From the NCBI RefSeq assembly GCF_964355755.1, contig NC_092677.1, positions 23,981,175-24,045,174 of the forward strand: a DNA stretch of 64,000 nt, in the 5' to 3' direction. The stretch comes from Antedon mediterranea (Eukaryota > Animalia > Echinodermata). The translations under genes were made by a program, and so were the position numbers. This document shows, piece after piece, positions 37,301-50,353 of the stretch. The notes under the pieces are model-generated. The model searched no databases, was not told where the DNA came from, and was given only the letters and a program-made list of their open reading frames with translations. Numbering within the stretch: position 1 is the first letter of the stretch; every line of letters begins with the position of its first letter.

Positions 37301-40300
37301 CTTACACTTGACTCTATACTGTTCTTAACTCGTGTAATTGGTTCTTATTTGCACTCGGCTCCTTCGTGTACGTGTCTCTCAATACATTCACTTTTCTCTC
37401 TTACTTGTAGCAAACTATGATAGCTACAATCGCCATAGGTTTAAGTAACCCCTCGACCATTGTTCTGGTGGTAGAACAAGTCTTCTTGGATAAAGACCCG
37501 GTTCTCTTTTTCACTCGGCTCATCTCTCACTTATATTTCTCTCTCTCTCCTACTTGACTATTTCATTATAGTCGGCTGATACTTATACAATCATTATATA
37601 ATAAATCACTCTTTCTCAAAAAGTGAATAATTAAGTAAAAATTGTAAAGGTACCTCAACGTTTCTTTGATGACGCAGTTAAGGAATGGCAGATTCTGTAC
37701 GTTTTCTTTTGTCAAGGGTTTTCCTTTCAAAACACTCACTAACTCTTTATGCAATTTTTCCTGACACTCGGGCTTTCTAGCCAATTCATACATGGCCCAC
37801 AGTAATGTATTTGATGTCTGTAGGCGATAAAAAAAAACCCAATTTGATACAGTATTTCAATACCAGTATTTAAAATACAGGAGGCCTAAAACGAGTCGAT
37901 AACACTGGCTGTGAATGTGCTTCATTAAAATTCAAATTAAGATCAATGACAGAACATACTTAATTTACATAATTATATGACAATTCAATTTCAATTGTAT
38001 AATTCGCAACGAATTACATTACTGTAATACAATCCGTGAAGTGTCAATCTACTTATAACTGTTTTTTTTGTTTTTATCTTTCTTATGAATATATCCAACT
38101 GAAGAAATTTCTCCCTCTCTAGGAGCAATTATGCAACAACAAATTCATCATGTAATATATTACAATAGTTTTATGTTAAAATGGATATGAAAGGGTTCCT
38201 AGCAATATCATTTTATTGGCTCAACGTGTAGATCAATCAGTTTTAAGCTTGCCATAGTCATACTTAATGTTTTGGAGGACGACAACGCCCTCAAAACGCC
38301 CCTGAGAAACCTGTGAAAAACTTTTTGTGACGTCACTAAAAGTTATTTTTGTATTACAGAGATAGGAATTTAGCAGTAAATCATTGATTGATGCAAAAGC
38401 ATGGTAGTAATTACTTATTGCTTTGATATTTTTATTCTTGGATAAGTATGTTAGCCTAATCGAATAAAATTAATTCATATTATCAACCAAGTTTTTTTTA
38501 AAACGGATTTTAATTTCGTTTTTCAAGGCCATCTTTTACGAAATTCATAGCCAAATGCCTATCTTGCTGGGTACACGGAGTTATTTTGCGCATGCGTGAG
38601 AATCACAGAGTCGACCACCTTGGCCTCTCTCTCGACCCTCCTCGCGAGCGATGTTTATTTCGCTATTTATTATACACGTATTATTGAAACATTCATTTTA
38701 TTATTATTTCGTTGTAATTAACTGAAATTGATGGAAATTCGTCCACATCGTCTTGTTAACACGGGTGTTAACATCGTTTTGAAGAAACGGTTGGACGAGT
38801 AAATGGTGTTTGACAATGCCATGATCATGGCCTGGAGCTAGCTAGGCCTAGCCCCTAGGCCTTTTTAGTAGTGATGACTGCTGGATACGGTGTTTAGTCG
38901 CCCGGCCAGAGGTGAGCTGAGAGCGTATGCTCCTTGATGTATCGTTGAGGGTGTTAATGGTAGGCACAATTGTGTTACTGTATTATGTATATACACATTA
39001 TTTATAAGTACGTTTATTAATATTGTTGTGTGCTGTAGTGTCCTGACTAACGTATTATTAAAATATTTTTTTGTTATTACATGCCGCCCTACTAGCTAGT
39101 AGGCTAGGCAACACTGAATACTAAATATTATGATTCCCAATAAAATGAATAGAGTTGGATTTTCTCTAATGTAGTAATAAAGGTTATAACAGGCCAGGCC
39201 TAGTTAGGGGTATTTCAGCTTGTATCATATACAGTACAGTATACAGTAAATAAACAATTCATTTGTATTTTTACCTACCTACAGGTCTATAATTGGAGTG
39301 CAATTATGATAATTGATGGACGGGATAAGCAAATGTATTTATTGATTGGAATGGAAGCGCAAATGTTAGAGTCAAATTATAATATTAAGGTAACAGATAC
39401 TGAGCATTGCTATTTTAAACTGTTGATCAAACCTACATAATACATTATACTAAATTATTATTTTGTTTTGAGGGCAGATAAACATGTGCTTATTCATTTT
39501 CCTTTTTTCAGGTGAATAGAAAGATACCCAGAGTACTTTATAATAGATGCTACTTGGATCATGCTTGCACGATACATTTATGCAGTATACTAAGACACCA
39601 AGTATAGAATGAGCGCAGACAATTAAAATTACAGAACTAAATATTTATGAAGAATAGTAAAATATGCATAATAGAATTCTTTAGACGCGAGCGCTAGGGT
39701 TACAGTCATACTGTAACTATGGTAATGTACTACCAGACAGTACACTAGTAGCAGTGCATCATATAGTGTTTGTTTTTAACCATCTAAATGGGTCTGGGTA
39801 TATAAACAAATAAACCACTACTGTACTTCTTTTTTTATTTATTTAGCCAAATACTATGTACAATGGACATTTATGAAAGAATCCATCTCTTGAATATGAT
39901 GGAGCTGGCTGGTGTTGATAGAATTAAAATGTATCACTCAGGTCTCAAAAGTAATTTATGTCCTGTTTGAAAAATCCTGCTTGTTCCAAACTCATTATGA
40001 TACATTTGTTCAATAAAATTCATTCCACACACTATTTCTGCCATATAATTTGATGTTTACAATTTTATTACTAGTACTATTACAGTTCTTCAAAGCCATC
40101 TCATGTACTGTTGATTCCATAAATCTGCAAAGATAAGACCAATAAATGGATGGAAATGTACTATTATTTTTATTCAATCCTACCTCTAGGCCCTATAGTA
40201 TTATATTTTATGACTTGGTAACAAACAGAAAGAGGTTATTATTTAATTACACTACAGTTACTAACTAAACTATAATAATCCTCTCGGCCTCACCTCCTCT

Positions 40301-43300
40301 GCTCTACTTTAATTATTAGTATTATTATATTACTATATTAGTCAATAACAAAAGTCAGAGCCAAAAACAAGTTCAACACAAGCTTACCTTTTTTATTTAC
40401 GTCGCCTTTTACATACGTCTACGCCCGCGCCTTGTCCACTTCCTGGAGGTTCGTCGGTGGACCGGCGACTGCTACTCTCTTGTACTGTAGGCCATGGAGT
40501 AACTCCATGTGTAGGCCTAGCCTACTACTAGCGAATTTAGAAGAAACTATAGTCTACTAGACCTAGCCTAATTTGTAGTCTGCGTGAGTGGTTTAGTGTG
40601 AGAAGTACAAATACACACTTTCTTCTTTTCACGTACAATCTTTGCAGACATAACTTTTTATTGATTTGTGAAATATCGATATTTTCTACGACTGCAGCAA
40701 CAGGGAGCTTGCAACACGCGAGTCTCGTGTAGCATGGGTTTGTTTATTTTGTTTACACCACACAGTCCGCGAACGAGACAAGGCGGTGATTGGACTGTAT
40801 TAAAATTCATTAACCAATCACAAAACGACTGCTGCCGTGGCTACAACCCCGGGTGTTTCAAACTCTAAATTTGACGATCTCGTACGTGCGTATAGAACGT
40901 TCATAAAAATTAAGATGGCGTGCCAGTTGGTCGGCCATTTTGCGGACGTTTTATACCAAAATTTAATTTGTTTATTTCTCAATTTCTACTAGGTATTTGA
41001 ATCTAATTTTTTGTGTGCTGTTTATTAACATTAAAAGGATTCATACAAAGTCCTTTTTGTGAAATTTTAAAATCCTTTCATATCCATTTTAAGTTGTCTA
41101 TTTTTATTATTTGTTTTGTTTCTTCATTTCCTTTTGTATGCTTTTTTTATGTTTGCGTTTTTGTGTGCAATTGCTTTAAACGCCTGGGCCAAATGTAATT
41201 GCTGACAACTTTGTTTGGATAAGAGTTAAGTGGGGAATCACGAATTTGTATGAACCAATGAATCGATACCGTTGCCAACAAAAAAATAATAATTATATAC
41301 AATGAGTTTTTAAAATGCTAAGATGCTTTCTACTTTCTATTCTAACACCTAAGATGACAAGATAAATCTAGCTACTACCAAAGAACTTATAACACAAGAA
41401 TCTCCTGTTCGTCCGAAGCGCGTAACAATTTTGAAAGGCATTGTGGGATAGAATAGAGCTATGGGTGGCGCCATTGTGAGCCATGGAGTAGGGCGCCCGC
41501 TTCAAATTAGAAAGTCAAAATCATAGAGGGGATCTGCTAATGCTCTAGGGGGGATAGAGTAATTGACTGAGGAGTAGGGCGCCCGCATCAAATTAGAAAG
41601 TCAAAATCATAGAGGGGATCTGCTAATACTCTAGGGGGATCTGCTAATACTCTAGGGGGGGGGGGGGGGTTAGAGTAATTGACTTCCTAGTTTGGAGGGG
41701 GCGCTGCTCCATGCTGTGAAATGGCGTCGCCCAGTTTGACCTTTTAACCCTGTACTTCCGATACTGTGTGTTGAATGCAAATTGAAGAACAGGAGATTCT
41801 TGTGTTATAAGTTCTTTGCTACTACTTACTGTGTCCACACCACCAAGCATAAATTCAACAAGACTGCCGCATATTTCACTCATTGAAAGCTTGTCATTGG
41901 CTATTAGATATGTTAGCAGATCGACTTCTTGGTTTTCATCTATGTTGCTATTTTCACTGATAGATTCACATTTTAGATTTATATACTTCATAGCTACAAA
42001 TATAATAGAAACGTAACAATAATAATATAATGAATCTACAAATTTCCATTATTTGTATCACAACAAATTTAAATTATATATATACAATAAAAAAAACACA
42101 ATTTATCAACTTATGCATTTCATGTTCTTATTATAATTAGTAACTATTGCTTTTACTATGTTTATTTATATCTTCGTATTACCTACCAACAAATTAAGAA
42201 ACTTGTTAACAATTATATTTAATTTAAATTCAAATGGAAAATTTGAACATCATTTTTTTGTCTTTCGTGGTTAACCACCACCTTTATTCATTAAATGTCA
42301 TACTTATTTTGACATCTTCTACCATTTTTCGTAATAATCTGTTTTTGTATCCTTGTATTATTTAGATGTGTATCACATATATCATTTAATACTATAAACC
42401 CATTACTGAACATTATGTTTTTGTAAATCATATTTATATATTCTTTCTATCACATTAAAGTAATAGAAACAAATTGTAATACTTTTCTTAATTATTAATG
42501 CAAAAATGATTCGATCATAATTTATATCATCAAAATATTGCGTAAAAGGCGTTCCATATAAAAATATATGATGGAGCTAGTTATACTCCGTTATGCGTGA
42601 TTAACTAATGAATGACGTAATGCAAAAAAACGGCATAGCTAGAGAAAAAGACGTGTACGGTACCATAGTCGGTATAAGTGCTTTTTGCAATCCTATAATC
42701 TATACATGGTGAACATTTCATTGAATTCAAATGAAGTAATAAATTATTAAATCAATCATCATTATTGTATAATGTTACAAACCGGTGTTCCAAATAGTAT
42801 CCCATGATTCCACTTGCTTCCTCCAAGATTTTGTGTTCAGTGAAATATGCCAACGTAGTGGTAAAAGAAATAGTGGCGCCAAACTGCAAAACATATCATT
42901 AATAGCATTTATGAACGTCTGTACATCAGAAGGAATAGGATCTTGAAGGCATCCGAGACGAACATCAAAAAGAACAATTGCCACAGCTGGTGGTAAAAAT
43001 GGAAAATATTGTCATCATCAAACATACGTGATAGGCCCTATAGGTTTTATTTTGTCAAATGAAAAGTTGAGGTTGGATTAAGGATAAATTGGTATTATAC
43101 TGGTGCATTTTATATAGACAGCTATATTTAGTTTCTCTAGAAATCCTCGGTTCTCAATAGTATCTTAAATTTTTCCAGTCGAAAACGTTGCATGCATGCT
43201 GTGTGTAGACATGTTGAAATTAAATATGGCCCATTCTTCTCGCCTACGCTGCATTGCGCATATAATAGTGTTCTATTTCAGATACTATAGTATACACCAT

Positions 43301-46128
43301 GTTTATGTATGCAAGCATGGTGTATCAAAATGGCCGGAATTGTAGTTGGGAGGTTTTTAAACATTACATTTGAAAATTATCCGCCATCGTGGATCCGTGG
43401 CTAAAATTGTATATTTGTAGTATACGAAACCTAATGAAATGATTAAACAAGAAAGAAGAAAAAACAAATATTAACAAGATGATTACATTCCATTGCCCAC
43501 TTGTAAAATTCGTTATTAATCTCTGGTACGATGCCGCCATCTTGATTAATGTTTATTGTATCTCTTCCTTGCTCCATCAATTTCATCATTCTATCAACAA
43601 AATCATCCGCTGCAACATTTAATTTTCCCATGTATTGTGTAATTTCCTTTGGTCGTAGCATACGCTTGCTAAGGACATTACGGGACTTTCGCCATGGCTC
43701 GTGATCTCTGATTTGAAAGTAAAAAAAACAAACCCTTCAATATTTAGCTTCTATTTTATTAAATGGTGAGAACAATTTTAAAATTACATTTGAATATTTA
43801 GTTTATTAAAGAGATTTTCAAGTGTCTCCACATACTATTTGCCCAGTATAATGATCATAAGTATGTTTTGTCGGCCTAATACATCATTTTTACATGCAGT
43901 GCCTGTATCCTGTAATGTTAGGTTAGATAATAGGATATCCGAAGATACATACAAATATTTCTATAGGCCTAACTGGAGAAATATAGATACAGTACCGAGA
44001 TCGGATGCATATTAGTGTTGATAACACTTTTGTCACCGAGTGAAAAATGTGTTCAATTAAAGCACTTTATAGCAGACTCCTGCCTTTAACAACAATAAGA
44101 AAATTTATCAAGCGAGTAGAATTCATACAAAAGAACAATTTAGAAATAAAAATAAAACACGGAATGTTTGCAAATTATATAAGGAGGATAACAAGTCCAC
44201 TCATGTCATCACAATAACGCGTCACGGTTTCAAGAATGGCTTGCTACTCACAATGTTACTAATCCGCATTCAACACCTCTTAGTTTTCTGTAAGCCTTCC
44301 ATGGTCCAATGTTAATACGAATTGGATTTCTGTCCTCTTGGTGCATCAACTCCTTCACAAGGGTCGGATCAACAATACTTAAAGTTTCCTCTGGCCCAGC
44401 ATGAATACGAAACAACACACCATGTTTCTTGTGCAGTTCAATCTGAATGGAAAACAAGTTTTTATTGATAATACATATAGGCCTAGAGTATTACATGTGT
44501 GACTATTGTATTCAATCAAATAATATAGCGATTATGTTATGTACATCATCAAAGATTTTCGACAAGGAAACTCAATATTGTATACAAACATCCAACAAGT
44601 AGAAACAATTCAATATTTGAGCTTTAAACAAAATAAATACGGTATTGAGTTAGCAGATTTATCTAACGTGAATCTGTTTTTACAGCTCACTATAGTCGGT
44701 CGGTTGGTCGGCAAACACTAACTTGAGCACGCGACTGCAGCCATGTATATGGCCTTGTTAATTTGTTTTGATAAATCAGTTTCGACATTTGAACCTAATT
44801 TGATGTTTTACATAATGTTTTCTTAAATTTTAAACGGCAGTCCTTTTCTTCTCAAGAGAAAAGAAATGTAATCTTCACTTTAAAGCTCTTCTTATTCTTG
44901 ACTTAAGTAAAAAAAGATTGATAACATGTCAGATTAGAAATTTTTCACCAGAAATAATTCATCTAAAAAACGCCAAATTTTAACAGCTTTTTACTTTTTC
45001 TTTATTTTATAAGCAAAATCATTTTTTGTTGGCAAAAGTAAATACTTTATTATTGATGTTGGTTCATTTTTACTTTATGTTCTGTGGGACAATTCATATT
45101 TAATTCAGTTCCTCTTCACGAGGCTTATTTAAAATAAATCAAGGACCAAAGAAAGATGATATATTTTTTATCCGAATCTCGCCAAACTTGACCACAGTGA
45201 CCTATGACCCAATATCTCGCCGGAGTTCAATATTGAAGAGGGATGGTCAAAGGTGAAGGTCACAATTACACAAACTGTTTAATATTATACCACCTACCGG
45301 CCCACTTTTTATCAAACCAAAATTGTCCTCAATCTGCAATGCTCCATCATCTAGAAGTAGTTGTATAAGGACATTTTTTACGAAACAGGATTGTTGTCAT
45401 GCCTCGACTTTAAAGCTTTAATCCAAGGAAGGAATATATAATCGTACTAGGTCATGCGAACATTATCTGCCAACAGTATAAACAGATTGTTTCGTTTGTC
45501 CCTTACATTACAAGTAGCTACAATTATTATTCTTAATTTTAAAATAACAACTTGTTATAATATTGAAGCAGGAGATATTATTTACGCTAAAGATGTATTG
45601 TCCCCAAAATCATAAGAAATAAAGATAATTTATAAATCAGACTTTGAATTGGTCATTTTGCATTTATTAATAGAGGTAAAAACAAACAAAACTGTAACAT
45701 CATTTTAGTTCATTAATTTATTCATTTTAAAAGGCCATTTTACGGGTTACTATCTAAATTAGGCCCTATTTGAAGCTTTGAAGGGAGTTGATAATCTGAA
45801 AAACAATAATAAAAGTGTTGATTATTATAAAATTGTTTGGCCTATGCTACGTGACCTATCACTCAAAATATACACAGTATATTACCTGATTCAAATGCAT
45901 AGACCCGAAGCCTTTCCTGATTATATCTGGAATATTTCCAATGAATGGCAATCCGACTAAAGGAATACTTTTATATGGTTTTAATTCTCTGTCTTCTCTA
46001 TAGACATCTTCGCTCGAGGAGTGAGGTTCCGTCCTACTAGAAGTAGACCTACATCTTTGTTTTGGACCCCTGGCAATCGTACTACGAAATATATTTGTAG
46101 CTACCACAAAACGGTGTCTTGTCAACAT
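34372..46128 (-). CDS. Mitochondrial-clan cytochrome P450, CYP27-like (paralog B, ~530 aa, 10 exons)
   Basis: Exons 46128-45886, 44442-44252, 43707-43487, 42986-42783, 41993-41830, 37817-37654, 36301-36223, 35629-35470, 35296-35253, 34494-34372 (1593 nt, in phase). Motifs [38 protein letters not shown]. Confidence 0.92.
36740..37260. repeat. 85-bp pyrimidine-rich minisatellite (~6 units) in CYP-B intron 6
   Basis: ctctactctacttgtttctaatttgcacttg... starts at 36801, 36886, 36972, 37057, 37142, 37227. Confidence 0.9.
38180..41088. mobile_element. 2.9-kb Kolobok-like DNA transposon remnant in CYP-B intron 5
   Basis: TTAA|AATGGATATGAAAGG ... CCTTTCATATCCATT|TTAA; no intact ORF. Confidence 0.75.
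41379..41818. mobile_element. P-element-like MITE, 32-bp TIR, 7-bp TSD (partial copy at ~22850-22962)
   Basis: CAAAGAACTTATAACACAAGAATCTCCTGTTC inverted at both ends; TSD CTACTAC. Confidence 0.85.
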
Positions 46129-46226
46129 TATTTGAACTTAGAAAAGCCAACACGCAGCGTCCAGCTAGCTTTATGCAAAAATACTACCTAATTCTATTGA
46201 TCTTACAAAGCCTTGAAAGTAAAACC

Positions 46227-46246
46227 ATAACGCATGCGCAAAGGAT
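46227..46246 (-). promoter_or_regulatory. Conserved promoter motif of CYP paralog B (NRF1-like)
   Basis: 20-bp identity with 30387-30406, ~100 bp upstream of the ATG. Confidence 0.6.
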
Positions 46247-48403
46247 TTAATTGTCGTCCGGTCAAATTTCTCATTCAAAATGGGCACAAGTGATATGACA
46301 AACCAGAAACAGACTGTTTACAATTTATTTACTGAAAATGAAACATTAGGAGACATTTTTTATTTCATTGTAACAAATATTGAATGAAAGCATGAGATAC
46401 TAGATCTACAATTGTATCAGCATTACTTCTCTCAACATTTAACAAATGTATTGATGAATAGAAAACAAGATACAGACGTCTCTGTATCTGTAAATTTGTA
46501 AGTTTATTATTATTTTATTTAATGATATCCTGTATTTTTTTTGTTCTGTTTTTTTAAATATTATATAGGCCTATATGTTATATATATTGTACAGTTTAAG
46601 TATTTCCATACATATTTAATCAATTAGTTAAGATTTTGTTTTATGTTATTTTTGTTAGTATTAATTAGAACTTTGTGGCTTATGTTATTTAAATAAAATA
46701 ACTACTATTATGCTACTCTTACCTGAATAAAGTGTAAATGTAAATATAAATAAAATATTTGTAATTAAAGATGTTTGTCCTAAAAAAAACATGAAAATGA
46801 AGATTAATAAAATCAACAGGCCATTTTGCAGTATAATAAGGGTATTCAATTCCTTTAGAAAAACAAAGAACAATCTTTGATCCAATTTTGTGTCTAATTG
46901 AATAACTATTATGTGACATTAAAATGACGTATTAAAACAATTGTATAACATTGGGAAAAAGTTATGTGCGACGGTAATCCGGTATAGAGGGCGAACTACA
47001 ATGTCACCAGTCAGAGAAATTTTCTGTGGATGTGACACGATCAGTTATAAAGATATAAGGTTTATTTTTTTGTACTATGCCATTTTTTAATGTCACATAA
47101 TAGGTGTTCACTTTGACCAAAAATTGAATCGAAAACAAAATTACCAATAGATGCACTGATTATGTTTAAATAACATAACATAAAACTGACTCCAAATAAC
47201 GAGAGGCAAGCCATGATTCAACAACGTTTCAATTTTTATTTGATCATCATCCGGAATTAGCCAAGCAGGGTGTTATGATCATGGCTTGCCTCTGTTTATT
47301 TGAAATTAGTTTTGCTATGTTATTTAAAACAAAATTATTTTAAAAATTAATCAAATTGGCTGCCAGCCAATGTGTTTTTGGTTGAATTTAATCGTTTATT
47401 TAGGGAAAACAGTATTTTTTCTCCGGAGGTGATTAAAACTACAACGTGGACTATTCAAAGTCTGATTTTATTAATCTTCTAAAGTATTTGGGGGACGTGA
47501 CATGTTTAACAGACACAGTGCGCCGCGGAGAATATGTAGGCACATATGAGTACATTACTGTAGGTATTTGTCGCAGCTGGGCATAAGATCAACCAATATA
47601 AAGTCACAACATATTAAATTATAGAGATTGACTATATTTTGTTCCTGGTTTCTGTGTGTCGCTTAAGCGCAAGCATACTTGGTTTGGACCATTAAACACA
47701 GCGCAAACCCCAGACGCGATTGACCAATGACGATCGAGAGTTCGAACACTATCCATCCCTTGTGATTGGTCAAATGTTATTGAGTCTCTAGTACTGTAGT
47801 GGGAACAATGATGGAACGAATGACTGAATGATAATATTCAGAACATTAAGTTATGAAAATAAAAATAGATTTAAAAGTTAGAATAATATACAGGAGTACA
47901 ATAATAGGTGTGTATTAAATCATCGACCGAATTGGTTTACGAACGACATAGTTCCTTGCGTTAAAAAAAAAACTATTTGGTTTGGCAATTTAAATTTTAG
48001 CAAACGCTGGGTTCAATACGGTCCGATTTAATAATAGTAATAATCGATGGGAAGATTTTGTGTCGCAATATATAAATAATGCATGTGATTCACGTGTATT
48101 TCTTCTTGTAAACAAAAGCACGTGGGTTTCGTCGGTATTGTTTATTCCGATTCGGGGCACAGCAAAGCATTATGGGCGATGACAGCTGTGTGTGGTGAAT
48201 GAATGGAGACTGTGCTTAGTAGTTGCTCAACTGGGAAGACAAAAACAGCCTAAACGCAGATTTTATACTGTTTTTAGCACGTAAGTATATTATTAAAATT
48301 CATTAAATTAATTATATTAAATCATCAATTCATCAACGGAACACGAATTACTTATATTATTTTTCTGTGATGCATCTGCTGTTCGATTTTCTTTATTATC
48401 AGA

Positions 48404-50353
48404 ATGGCTTCGAAGGCCGGGAGAAATGCAGGGATTCAGTCGCTATCGTCTTCGATGAGGCCAGCTGCTGCTAGTACAGTTTGCTACGTCTGTGGGGCTC
48501 AAAGTGCGGAATGCCGCCTACGAGTTAGACCCCACGGGAAGGAGTCTTTCTTTCCCTTTCTAGAATATCACGAAGCACCATCTGGAGTGAGCATAAATAA
48601 AGATGGGACAGTGGACGCATGTAGGGTCTGCTATGCTTTTTTGTTACAACAATGGTATGCATTTGAAAAATCTAGAACACCTATTGTCAAACGACTATAT
48701 TGGTTGAAACGTCTTGAGAGCTGTGGGTCGCCTGGTACTAACCGTCCAGACCCGCAGATGCAAGTAAGCCCACAAATGCGTGAAGAAATGTATAAATTAA
48801 ATATCCGTGACCCGGCTTTTGTAGATGATCATTTTGATTCGCCAGATTTACTTGCAAAAACCGAGTTCATTGAAAAGAAGCACGACGATTTTGATGCTCC
48901 TATCGATTTACCGAAGTTCAGCGTTTGCTACTGTTGCAGTCAAATGACATCACGTAATGCGGTTTGTGTTGTTCACACTAGCCATTGGTCAAAATCCGAG
49001 TCGCCCTACTTTCCGTGCATCTTGGGTCATACACCCCCAAGTGGAGCCAGATCTGTTGATAATCTTGGACGCGTTCTCATGTGCGAACCCTGTGCTAACT
49101 ACCTTTTGCAGCAATGGCAGACGTTCGAGATAAATAATACACCATTGCACAAAAGGAAGTACCGCTTGCAATCAACACAGGAAAAACTATTTGTAGAATC
49201 AACGAGTAAAATGGTTTGCCTTACTTGTGGTGTTAAATCAAATGTAAATAACATGCAATTGGTACATTCACATGCTAATCTCAATAAAGGTCCATTCTTT
49301 CCATGTTTGGAAAGATGCATTGCACCAAAAGGTGCATCCCTGTCCAGAGACGGAGTTGCACAGTTATGTAACTCATGCGCTGCATCCCTATATGAACAAT
49401 GGAATGCACATGAAGTTACTCAAACGCCTTTAAAAAATCGTATTTACCACATCAATAATAAGCCAGTTGGATATACGCACAAACTACAATTAAAAAGTAG
49501 AAAATTACACCAAGATTTAGAAGAAGCAACGACAGAAGTTTGCTATATTTGTAGCAAATCTGTTAAAAGCTCATTAGTTCATTCAGTTAATACTTCTGCA
49601 GAGGAGGAACATACAATGTTTTTTCCGTTCATAAGAGATCTTGAACGTCCTTCAAAGGCGATGGCTATTGACAGTTCAGGAAAAGTTCATGTTTGTGATG
49701 ATTGCTTTAACCATTTAAAAACAAAATGGAAAAAATCTGACAGAAATGGCTTTGATAAAGGGTTTAAACCGATAGTACAAGAAAATGGAAATATAGAGAC
49801 AGCTAGTTGCAGTCAAATGGCTGCTGTTGGAGATATTGTTGATACCGGTACATGTTTTATCTGTGGCTCAAATGAATCGCCATCTGAATTGAACGATCTT
49901 CATTGTTATCCATCAAACGAGGAAGAAGGTATCCCCTTTTTCCCATTTTTATCCAACCCGAAAGCTAGCCACAATTCTGAAATCGTTACCACAAGTGGAG
50001 TGGTGAAAGCGTGCACGTTTTGTTACGTCAATATGGTTATTCAATGGGATGATTACGAGAATTCAGAATCGTTAATGGATCATAATCGTTGGTTGCGACC
50101 GTATCATATGCGCAAGTTTACCTGTTTCACGTGTAGCCAAGCTGCGGATATCAGTTGTCGAAAGTTGTTGGATATTACCAAATTTAACGGCCTTGCTAGA
50201 TTGCGGAAACCATTTGGCGCAATTTTCATCGAAGATGGCCAAATTGTAGTTGTTTGTAAACCTTGTGAGAAATCTCTTCATAAACAGAAGAAAGATTTGA
50301 TGCTTATGGGTGTACCTGAATCTGAGCAGCTATTTAATGTAGACAACAAAGAG
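48404..50353 (+). CDS. First coding exon of a plexus/GSE1-like protein with six CxxC...CxxC repeats (remaining exons not found in the window)
   Basis: Repeats C(Y/L/F)xC..(F)FPxL..P.G..G.V..CxxC...LxxQW...P...R.Y; acceptor ttatcag|A ATG at 48403, donor GAG|gtacgt at 50354; putative 5'UTR donor at 48281. Family assignment from recalled Drosophila plexus / invertebrate GSE1 N-terminal repeats. Confidence 0.75.

Noticed and set aside
46469-46488. Palindrome gatacagacgtctctgtatc as another P-like scar
   Set aside because: No flanking direct repeat; the same applies to hairpins at ~39695-39721 and ~43298-43319.
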